Assembly: GCA_044869275.1 (NCBI GenBank)
Contig: JBIOXB010000240.1
Coordinates: 1-11,284 of the forward strand
DNA from: a bacterium
GTDB taxonomy: Bacteria; Zhuqueibacterota; Zhuqueibacteria; Zhuqueibacterales; Zhuqueibacteraceae
Length of the DNA: 11,284 nucleotides
Direction: 5' to 3'
The notes beneath the pieces were generated by a model. It searched no databases, was not told the DNA's origin, and saw nothing but the letters and a program-made list of their open reading frames with translations. Position numbers and translations under genes: made by a program. Below are positions 1-7,177 of this stretch, piece by piece; positions within the stretch are counted from its first letter, which is position 1, and each line of letters opens with the position of its first letter.

Positions 1-126
1 AAGCACGTGGTATGAGCCACGAGCCTCGTGCCATCCCTCCCGACCCCAACACCCTGCGGGTTGTTGGGATCGGGGGAACTACCAAGAGGATCCAAGAAAA
101 GTGTCAACTATTTTCAGGACGTGTCA
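1..126. mobile_element. Probable end of an IS3-family-like insertion sequence (terminal inverted repeat ~97-126 plus subterminal hairpins); the rest would lie left of the window
   Basis: 97-126 reads AAAAGTGTCAACTATTTTCAGGACGTGTCA, ends in the CA-3' typical of IS3-family ends, and resembles IS3-type terminal repeats as I recall them. Two GC-rich hairpins lie just inside (7-34, 36-77). No transposase or second IR is visible, so the family assignment is tentative. Confidence 0.42.
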
Positions 127-167
127 CTGCTTACTGCTTACTGCTTACTGATCACAGACCACGGGAT
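126..167. repeat. Heptamer tandem array (ACTGCTT x3, then degenerate ACTGATC, ACAGACC, ACGGGAT)
   Basis: Read directly: units start at 126, 133, 140 (perfect) and 147, 154, 161 (degenerate); the array ends 6 nt before the permease ATG at 174. Confidence 0.85.
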
Positions 168-173
168 ACAAAA

Positions 174-2582
174 ATGCTCAAAAACTACTTTAAAATTGCG
201 GTACGCCATCTGCTGCGGCAGAAGGGCTATACGGCGATCAACATCGTGGGATTGGCGGTGGGCATGGCCTGCTGCTATTTGATTCTACTCTATGTGCGCC
301 ATGAATTCAGCTACGATCGCTTTCATCGCAAGGCCGATCGCATCTACCGTGTGCTCGTCACCATGGAGCGCGATGGCGAAACCGGCTCTCCGTTGACGGC
401 CACGGCTGCGCCGATCGCACCCGCATTGCAGCAGGAATTTCCAGAAATCCTCGGCGCCGTACGGCTGCGCGAGACGGCGCGCAGGATTTTGGTGAAGCAT
501 GGCGACAAGCAATTCTATGAAGGCCGTTTTTATTTCGCCGATGCGAGCTTTTTCGACGTCTTCGATTTCGCATTGCAGCAGGGCGATCCTCAAACCGCCC
601 TGCAAGATCCGCACGCTATCGTCTTGAGCCAGGAGGCGGCGCAAAAGTATTTTGGCAGCGCCGAGGCCATGGGCAAGACGCTGTTCGCGGAATTTGGCAA
701 TCGTGAGTTCAAAGTCACTGGAATTTTGGCGGCGGTGCCGTCCAACTCACATCTTCAGCCCAATTTCATCGTGCCCTTTGACAATATCGGAGCATACCCC
801 CAGCAGAACTGGTGGATGTTTTCATATTTTGCCTACTTGCTGCTTCAAAAAGACGCGCCGGTTGCCGATTTGGAGAAAAAATTTCCAGCATTCATGGAAA
901 AACATTATGCCGATGCGCCGGCAGATTTCCCCAAAGTCTCGCTGCAATTGCAGCCGCTCGTGGATATTCATCTCCGTTCGGATTTCGATGACGCCGCCGG
1001 CAAAATGGGCAACATGGCTTATCTGTATCTCTTCTGCGCGCTGGCATTGTTCGTGCTCATCATTGCGTGCATCAACTTCATGAATCTCGCCACTGCCCGC
1101 TCGCAGCCTCGCGCCAAAGAAGTCGGTGTGCGCAAAGTGGCGGGCGTGGGCCGGGAAATGCTCATCATGCAGTTTCTCTGTGAATCGCTGCTGCTTTCGT
1201 TCATTGCGCTCGTGGTGGCAGCGGGCTTGGTGGAGTTCTTGCTGCCCGTGTTCAATGCGCTTTCCGCCAAAACGCTGGAAGTGAATTATCTGCAGGACGG
1301 TTTTGTCGCCGGCGGTTTTGTCGCCATTGCGTTCATAGTGGGCCTGCTCGCGGGCAGCTACCCGGCGTTTTTTCTTTCGCGCTTTCAACCGGTGGAGGTG
1401 TTGAAGGGGCGGTGGTCACGCCAGAGCGGCGGCACGCGTTTGCGCCAGGGGCTGGTCGTGGTGCAATTCGCCATCTCCATCGTGCTGATTGCCGGCACGG
1501 TGATCATTCACAATCAGCTCGAATACATGCACCAGAAAAAGCTCGGCTTTGACCAAGAGCAAGTGATCACCGTTCAGCTCACCGGCAAGGAAGCCGGTCA
1601 AAAATGGCTGGCTTTAAAAACCGAGCTGCTGCGCCACGCCGAAATCAGCCGCGTCACTGCCTCCACTTCGATGCCGGCGGATGAAGGTTGGTGGCGAACC
1701 GGTGCGCGCATCGACGGCAAGAAAGCAAATGACGAACAGATCGTTTACACGTTTCAAATCGATTATGATTTCATTAAAACATTCGGCATCGAGCTGGCCG
1801 CCGGCAGAGACTTTTCACCCAATTTTGCCAGCGATAGCAGCCGGGCATTTATCGTCAACCAGGCGGCCGTGGAAAAGTTCGGATGGGAATCAGCCGAGGC
1901 TGCCGTGGGCAAGAAATTCAGTTGGTTGGGTGAGGGGCCGGAGCATGCAAAATCCGGAGAAGTTATCGGTGTGGTGAAAGATTTTCACTTTCTGGCCTTG
2001 CATGAGCAAATTGCACCTGCGGTATTTCATCTCATGCCCTATGACATGGATTATCTCGCCCTCAGAGTTTTGCCCAACCGCGTGCCGCAAGCGCTGGAGG
2101 TGTTGAAAGCTGCCTGGGCTGAATTCGATCCGGCTCATCCACTGGAGTATTCCTTTTTGGATGACAAGGTCGAAGCGTTGTATCAGTCGGAAGAGAAATT
2201 GAAGCGCATCGTGGGACTTTTCTCCGCGCTCGCCATTTTTATCGCCGGCCTGGGGCTTTTCGGCCTTGCTTCTTTTACCGCCGAGCAGCGCACGAAGGAG
2301 ATTGGCGTGCGCAAAGTTCTAGGCGCTTCCGTCGCCGGTGTCGTGCTCTTGTTGTCGAAAGACTTTGCCAAGCTGATGCTCTTCGCCTTTTTTGTCGCGA
2401 CCCCGATCGCCTACTTCGCCATGCGCAAATGGCTCGAAGATTTCGCCTATCGCACCGACCTCAATCTCGGCGTATTCCTCCTCAGCGGCGTGCTGGCCGT
2501 GGTGATTGCGTTTTTGACCGTGAGCTACCAGGCGGTCAAAGCTGCGCTGGCGAATCCGGTGGAGGCGTTGAGGTATGAATAA
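174..2582 (+). CDS. ABC transporter permease, duplicated MacB-periplasmic-core/FtsX type (802 aa)
   Basis: N-terminus MLKNYFKIAVRHLLRQKGYTAINIVGLAVG; two FtsX-like halves (IACINFMNLATARS..RAKEVGVRKVAG and LFGLASFTAEQRTKEIGVRKVLGAS); C-terminal NPVEALRYE. The start is placed at ATG 174, not ORF-track 12, because family-like sequence begins there. Confidence 0.93.
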   Translation: MLKNYFKIAVRHLLRQKGYTAINIVGLAVGMACCYLILLYVRHEFSYDRFHRKADRIYRVLVTMERDGETGSPLTATAAPIAPALQQEFPEILGAVRLRETARRILVKHGDKQFYEGRFYFADASFFDVFDFALQQGDPQTALQDPHAIVLSQEAAQKYFGSAEAMGKTLFAEFGNREFKVTGILAAVPSNSHLQPNFIVPFDNIGAYPQQNWWMFSYFAYLLLQKDAPVADLEKKFPAFMEKHYADAPADFPKVSLQLQPLVDIHLRSDFDDAAGKMGNMAYLYLFCALALFVLIIACINFMNLATARSQPRAKEVGVRKVAGVGREMLIMQFLCESLLLSFIALVVAAGLVEFLLPVFNALSAKTLEVNYLQDGFVAGGFVAIAFIVGLLAGSYPAFFLSRFQPVEVLKGRWSRQSGGTRLRQGLVVVQFAISIVLIAGTVIIHNQLEYMHQKKLGFDQEQVITVQLTGKEAGQKWLALKTELLRHAEISRVTASTSMPADEGWWRTGARIDGKKANDEQIVYTFQIDYDFIKTFGIELAAGRDFSPNFASDSSRAFIVNQAAVEKFGWESAEAAVGKKFSWLGEGPEHAKSGEVIGVVKDFHFLALHEQIAPAVFHLMPYDMDYLALRVLPNRVPQALEVLKAAWAEFDPAHPLEYSFLDDKVEALYQSEEKLKRIVGLFSALAIFIAGLGLFGLASFTAEQRTKEIGVRKVLGASVAGVVLLLSKDFAKLMLFAFFVATPIAYFAMRKWLEDFAYRTDLNLGVFLLSGVLAVVIAFLTVSYQAVKAALANPVEALRYE

Positions 2583-2813
2583 ATGTGATGGCAATCATGC
2601 AAAGAAGCTGCCGGCAGTTGTTGGCGTGATTTATTTTAGTGACATACGCCGCCGCGAGCAGGATCTGACTTGGGGATGGGTTTTATTCCAAAATGAAAAG
2701 GCGATTTTTAAAATTGAAAAACCAGATTGTTTCGGTCGGAATTGAGAGTGAGGATAAGAGCGCCTAAACCCAATAATTTTACAAGAGCTGGGTAGTGCCT
2801 TTGTTCACCCTGT

Positions 2814-2824
2814 TGTGGTATAGT
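2814..2824 (+). promoter_or_regulatory. Putative extended -10 sigma70-type promoter for the hem cluster
   Basis: TGTG-G-TATAGT (2814-2824) matches TRTGnTATAAT with one mismatch, in the AT-rich intergenic region 76 nt upstream of the hemA ATG. There is no good -35. Confidence 0.5.
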
Positions 2825-2875
2825 ATTTGAATCATGTATTTCCAAGTCACAAAAATGCGATGACCTCGAATACTA
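2821..2875. repeat. Long imperfect inverted repeat upstream of hemA
   Basis: TAGTATTTGA (2821-2830) pairs with TCGAATACTA (2866-2875); inner TCATGTATTT (2832-2841) pairs with AAATGCGATGA (2853-2863) with one bulge and one G-U; loop about 11 nt. Confidence 0.7.
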
Positions 2876-2900
2876 AACTGCACAGTATGGCGCCAGGATT

Positions 2901-4286
2901 ATGGCACAAGCACAGATTATTCTTCTTGGAACGAGTTACCAAATCGAAAGTGTTGAAGAACGGGAGTGTTTACGTTTCGACCCTGCGGCACAAGCAGCAT
3001 TTATTTCCCACCTGATTTCATCCCCCGGCATAGACGAAGCGGGCTTGCTCTCCACGTGCAATCGCACAGAATGTTATCTGGTGACGCGCACCCCGAGCCA
3101 AGCCCTGGCGCAACTTAGAAATGCTCTCCAGCTTTTTCGCGGCAGCACGGGCGAACGCGGCCTGTTTGCCGGCTATCAATTCCAGAACGAAGACGCCGTG
3201 CGCCATTTGTTTCGCGTGGCCTCCGGGCTGGAATCGCAACTGCTGGGCGAGAATCAGATTCTGGCGCAGATAAAAGAGGCATATGAATCTGCCACTTCGG
3301 TTCAGGCGGCGGGACCGGTTTTGCATCGCGCCTTCCATCTGGCGCTGCAGGCCGGCAAGCGCGTGCGCCACGAAACCCGCATCGCGCAGGGGGTGGTTTC
3401 TTCCGGCTCGGCTGCCGCCGATTTGTTGATGCACCTGCTCGACCGGCGCATTTCCCAGCCCAAAGTGTTGATTCTGGGCGCGGGCAAAATGGCGGAAATG
3501 GCGGCGCTGGAGATCAGCAAACGCAGCAGGGGCCGGATAAAAATCAGCGTCACCAGCCGCAAGCTTTGCCATGCTTATCAACTCGCGCAAAAAGCGCAAG
3601 TCTCTTTTTTCCCCCTGCAGGAGCTGCCATTGATGCTGCGCAGTGCGCACGGTCTGATCGCCGCATTGAGCGCGGAGGGCTACGCGCTCACGCCGCAACA
3701 TTTTCTCCATGATGCTGAGCACCAGGACGCGGTGTTTTCGCCGGCGCGGCCGTTTGTTTGCGTCGATATCGGAGTGCCGCGCAACCTCGACCCGGAAATA
3801 GGCAAATTCGACCACGTCATGCTGCGCGACATCGACGATCTGGATGGCGTGGTGACTCAAACGCTGCTGGAGCGCCGGCAGGAGATTCCCGCGGCGGAGC
3901 GGATCATCGCCGCTACGCTCGCAGAATTCATGGAATGGTTCAACAGCCGGCAGATCGCACCGCTCATTGCGGGCTTGCAGCGTTACGTCGAAACCTTGTG
4001 CCGGAGCGAGCTGGCGCGCTACAGCCAGACTTCCAATCCCGCCGAGGAAGAGCGGCTGGCGAAATTCTCGCACAGTCTCGCAAAAAAAATCATGCATGCA
4101 CCGATCCATCAACTGCGGGCACTCGCGGCCAGCGGCGACGACGATGGTTTGAATACTCTGAATCGTTTTTTCGGATTTGTACACGAATATGACCAAGAAC
4201 ACACTACGCCTCGGCACGCGCAGCAGCAAGCTCGCCCTGTGGCAAGCACACTGGGTGGCAAGAACTCTGCAAACGCGGCATCCTGA
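2901..4286 (+). CDS. hemA: Glutamyl-tRNA reductase
   Basis: Catalytic LSTCNRTE motif; HLFRVASGLESQLLGENQIL; Rossmann LILGAGKM; DIGVPRNLDP; dimerisation-domain KKIMHAP. First gene of the hem cluster. Confidence 0.96.
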   Translation: MAQAQIILLGTSYQIESVEERECLRFDPAAQAAFISHLISSPGIDEAGLLSTCNRTECYLVTRTPSQALAQLRNALQLFRGSTGERGLFAGYQFQNEDAVRHLFRVASGLESQLLGENQILAQIKEAYESATSVQAAGPVLHRAFHLALQAGKRVRHETRIAQGVVSSGSAAADLLMHLLDRRISQPKVLILGAGKMAEMAALEISKRSRGRIKISVTSRKLCHAYQLAQKAQVSFFPLQELPLMLRSAHGLIAALSAEGYALTPQHFLHDAEHQDAVFSPARPFVCVDIGVPRNLDPEIGKFDHVMLRDIDDLDGVVTQTLLERRQEIPAAERIIAATLAEFMEWFNSRQIAPLIAGLQRYVETLCRSELARYSQTSNPAEEERLAKFSHSLAKKIMHAPIHQLRALAASGDDDGLNTLNRFFGFVHEYDQEHTTPRHAQQQARPVASTLGGKNSANAAS

Positions 4287-5130
4287 GCTTGCCATCGACC
4301 TGGTCAAAATCACCACGCGTGGCGACAAGTCGCTCGGCGTCTTGATTCCAGAAATCGGCGGCAAAGGATTTTTTACGGAAGAGTTGGATCAGGGCTTGTT
4401 GCGCGGCGAGATTGATCTCGCGGTGCACAGCCTGAAGGATTTGCCTACCCAGCTTCCGGAGGGGCTCATGCTCGGCGCCGTCTGCAACCGGAAATGGGTA
4501 CACGACGTTTTGATCGGCAGGGAATCGTGGACGCTGGACGGCCTGCCCTACAACGCGAACGTCGGCACGTGCAGCATGCGCCGTGCGGCGCAAATCAAGT
4601 ATCACCGGCCGGACTTGAACATTCTGCCCCTGCGCGGCAACGTACCGACGCGCATTCAAAAACTGAGAGCCGGCGAATATGACGCCATCGTGCTCGCTGA
4701 AGCCGGCGTGCGGCGGCTGGGATTAGATGCCGAAATCGCGCAGGTCTTGCCGGTGGAAGTTATATTGCCGGCGCCGGCACAAGGCGCGCTGGGCATCGAG
4801 ATTTTGGCGGACAATCATGCCGTGCGACACCTGGTCGCCGCTTTAGACGAGCCTGCCACACGCGCAGCCACGGCATGTGAGCGCGCCGTGCTGCATGAGC
4901 TCGAAGCGGGATGCCAGGTACCGGTTGCGGCCTTGGCGGATATTGAAGGTAAAAAACTGTCCTGCCGTGCGCTGATCGCCTCGCTTGATGGCGCCCGCGT
5001 GCTACGGGACAGCATTTATGGCGGCGCGGCCGAGGCGGAACGGCTGGGCAAAATTCTCGCGCAACGGCTTTTGCAGCAGGGCGGCGAGGAAATTTTGGCG
5101 AACATCAAATCTACCACAATTGATGTATAA
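4189..5130 (+). CDS. hemC: Hydroxymethylbilane synthase (porphobilinogen deaminase)
   Basis: LGTRSSKLALWQA, TTRGD, GGKGFFTEEL, AVHSLKDLPT, LRGNVPTR, PAPAQGAL, and the cofactor-binding Cys in EAGCQVP. Start taken at ATG 4189 (TTG 4177 is the alternative). Confidence 0.97.
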   Translation: MTKNTLRLGTRSSKLALWQAHWVARTLQTRHPELAIDLVKITTRGDKSLGVLIPEIGGKGFFTEELDQGLLRGEIDLAVHSLKDLPTQLPEGLMLGAVCNRKWVHDVLIGRESWTLDGLPYNANVGTCSMRRAAQIKYHRPDLNILPLRGNVPTRIQKLRAGEYDAIVLAEAGVRRLGLDAEIAQVLPVEVILPAPAQGALGIEILADNHAVRHLVAALDEPATRAATACERAVLHELEAGCQVPVAALADIEGKKLSCRALIASLDGARVLRDSIYGGAAEAERLGKILAQRLLQQGGEEILANIKSTTIDV

Positions 5131-5941
5131 TCACACGGCAACAGCTGCAGCAGCGCCGGCGGCGTTGCACAATAGAAGGGTCTTGCTCACCGCGCCCTTG
5201 GACAGCTCCGAGCGCATGGCCACGCTGGTGCAGCAGCATGGTGGCACGGCTTTGATCGCGCCCCTGATTGAGCGCCTTCCCCTGGCGCTGGATGAAGAGA
5301 AAAAAAATCGCCTGCGCCGCCTCGCGGACTATCAGTGGATCGTGTTTACCAGCGCCGGTGCGGTGGAAAGGTTTTGTGATGAAATCGAGGCGCTCGAATG
5401 CACGCTGCAGCTCACGTGCAGCACGATCGTGGCCATTGGCGAGCGCACCCGATGCCGCATTGAGCGGCGGGGATACACGGTCGCTTGTGTGGCGGAAGAC
5501 AGCCGCGCCGAGGGTGTGATCGCAAGCATGCTGCAACGGGGAATTTCTCCTCGTGATCGTGTGCTGTTTCCGAGCGCGGACAATGCTCGCGCTTACCTTG
5601 CGGAGGAATTGCGGCGCTGCGGCATTCAAGTCGACGTCCTGGAGCTTTACACCATCGCGCCGCACGTGCCGCCGTACTGGCGCGACATACACCAAGCTCT
5701 GCAGGCGGGATTGATCGACGCCCTTGCCTTTACCAGCCCTTCTGCCGTGCGCCAGTTTTTTGACCTGCTTGCGCCGGCGGACTGGCGACGCTTATTGACA
5801 CAACCCGTGATTTGTGCCATTGGCAGGACCACGGCTACGGCGTTGCTCGACCTAGGCCTGCCGGCACCGATTCTGCCGGAGCGGGCGCGTGCGGATGATA
5901 TGATTGCCGCACTGGCCCGGCATTTCTCGGGCACGAAGTAA
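5123..5941 (+). CDS. hemD: Uroporphyrinogen-III synthase (272 aa)
   Basis: RVLLT, WIVFTSAGAV, VAIGERT, AFTSPSAVRQF and CAIGRTTA motifs of the two-lobed HemD fold; ATG 5123 overlaps the hemC end by 8 nt; located between hemC and hemE. Confidence 0.92.
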   Translation: MYNHTATAAAAPAALHNRRVLLTAPLDSSERMATLVQQHGGTALIAPLIERLPLALDEEKKNRLRRLADYQWIVFTSAGAVERFCDEIEALECTLQLTCSTIVAIGERTRCRIERRGYTVACVAEDSRAEGVIASMLQRGISPRDRVLFPSADNARAYLAEELRRCGIQVDVLELYTIAPHVPPYWRDIHQALQAGLIDALAFTSPSAVRQFFDLLAPADWRRLLTQPVICAIGRTTATALLDLGLPAPILPERARADDMIAALARHFSGTK

Positions 5942-6019
5942 TGTTAGCGAGATTTGATTGCAACCGAATTTCTTACATGACGACATGCAGCGCCACTTTC
6001 TCAACCATAGAGACCGATA

Positions 6020-7060
6020 TTGAAATCCACCACCGATAAACCGCTTTTTATTCGTGCCTGCCATAGCGAGCTTGTGCCGCGCACGCCGATTTGGATCATG
6101 CGCCAAGCCGGACGTTATTTGCCCGCCTACCGCGCCATGAGAGCCAAGGTTGATTTCCAAACGCTCTATCGCACGCCCGCTTTGGCTGCGGAAGTGACGG
6201 TGCAGCCCATCGAGATGCTCGGCTTCGACGCCGCGATCATTTTTTCCGACATTCTGGTCGTGCCCGAAGCCATGGGCTTGGCGCTGAAGTTTGACGAGGG
6301 CAGCGGGCCAGAATTTCCGCAACCGCTGCGCCACGCCGTCGATTTGAAGAAGCTGCGTCACGTGAACGTCGCAAAGGATCTCGACTATGTGCTGGCCGCG
6401 CTCCAATTGACGAAAGAGAAGCTGGCCGGCGCCGTGCCGCTCATCGGTTTTTGCGGCTCGCCGTGGACGCTCGCGACTTACATGATCGAAGGCCGTGGCT
6501 CCAAAAACTTCGTGCACGCGAAAACCATGCTTTACCGGCAGCCGCAGGTTTTGCATGAACTGCTCGAGCGCTTGACCGAAACGCTGCAAGATTACCTCAG
6601 TGCGCAGCTCCAGGCGGGCGCCGAGGCGGTGCAGGTTTTCGATTCCTGGGGCGATGCGCTCAGTCCGCAAGCTTACGAAGAATTCTCCTTGCCCTATCTC
6701 AAGAAGTTGATCGCGGGAATCAAACGTGAGCGGCAGCCGGTTATTTATTTTCTGCGCGGCCGAGGCAGCGGCCTGCCGCGCCTCGCCAGCACCGGCGCGG
6801 AGGTGCTGGGGCTGGATTGGACGATCGATCTCGCCGAGGCCAGGCGGCAAACGGAAGATCGCATTCCGCTGCAGGGTAATCTCGATCCCTGTGTCCTGTT
6901 CGCCCCTCCGGAAGTGATCACCAGGGAAGCCTGGAAAGTCTTGGATCAAATGCGCGGCAGCCGCGGGCACATTTTCAACTTGGGCCACGGCATCTTGCCG
7001 GAGACGCCGGTGGAAAGCGTCAAGGCGTTGATCCAGGCCGTGAGGGAGTATAGGGGGTGA
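6020..7060 (+). CDS. hemE: Uroporphyrinogen decarboxylase
   Basis: PIWIMRQAGRYLP, AIIFSDIL, GFCGSPWTLATY, QVFDSW, LQGNLDP, IFNLGHGI. TTG start; an in-frame TAG at 6008 rules out an earlier start. Confidence 0.97.
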   Translation: MKSTTDKPLFIRACHSELVPRTPIWIMRQAGRYLPAYRAMRAKVDFQTLYRTPALAAEVTVQPIEMLGFDAAIIFSDILVVPEAMGLALKFDEGSGPEFPQPLRHAVDLKKLRHVNVAKDLDYVLAALQLTKEKLAGAVPLIGFCGSPWTLATYMIEGRGSKNFVHAKTMLYRQPQVLHELLERLTETLQDYLSAQLQAGAEAVQVFDSWGDALSPQAYEEFSLPYLKKLIAGIKRERQPVIYFLRGRGSGLPRLASTGAEVLGLDWTIDLAEARRQTEDRIPLQGNLDPCVLFAPPEVITREAWKVLDQMRGSRGHIFNLGHGILPETPVESVKALIQAVREYRG

Positions 7061-7158
7061 AATGCCAAAGCTCAAAACACAAAGCACAAAATCCAATGCT
7101 CAAAGCGCAAAGTGCGCCGCTCAAATTCGGATTTTGAGTTTTGGATTTTGGGCTTTGA
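7060..7158. repeat. Inverted pair of degenerate heptamer arrays (AAARYNC-type x8, then GRRYTTT-type x4)
   Basis: Left arm 7060-7115: AAATGCC AAAGCTC AAAACAC AAAGCAC AAAATCC AATGCTC AAAGCGC AAAGTGC. Right arm 7129-7156: GGATTTT GAGTTTT GGATTTT GGGCTTT, which is the reverse-complement pattern. Confidence 0.88.
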
Positions 7159-7177
7159 TACTGGATGAACTACAGGC

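Noticed and set aside
12..173. 54-aa N-terminal extension of the permease in the ORF track
   Set aside because: It translates hairpins, the IR and heptamer repeats (TAYCLLLTDH is repeat-derived); the family-typical start MLKNY begins at 174.
2606..2619. Palindrome CTGCCGGCAG as the permease terminator
   Set aside because: Short stem with no adjacent U-tract; plausible by chance in GC-rich DNA.
2827..3015. 62-aa ORF overlapping the hemA start as a leader peptide
   Set aside because: The TTG start has no SD, lies within the candidate promoter, and the peptide has no recognisable features. The internal ATG at 2887 also lacks an SD.
4082..4089. A8 run as a programmed frameshift or phase-variation site in hemA
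   Set aside because: The reading frame continues through the conserved KKIMHAP motif, so there is no evidence of disruption.
3018..4364. 448-aa minus-strand ORF
   Set aside because: Antisense shadow of hemA/hemC; no motifs; long antisense ORFs are expected at this GC content and codon bias.
5954..5967. FNR-like TTGAT-TGCA-ACCGA before hemE
   Set aside because: The right half matches only 3/5 of ATCAA and no promoter is identifiable nearby.
5852..7096. 414-aa minus-strand ORF
   Set aside because: Antisense shadow of hemE; its N-terminus is translated heptamer repeat.
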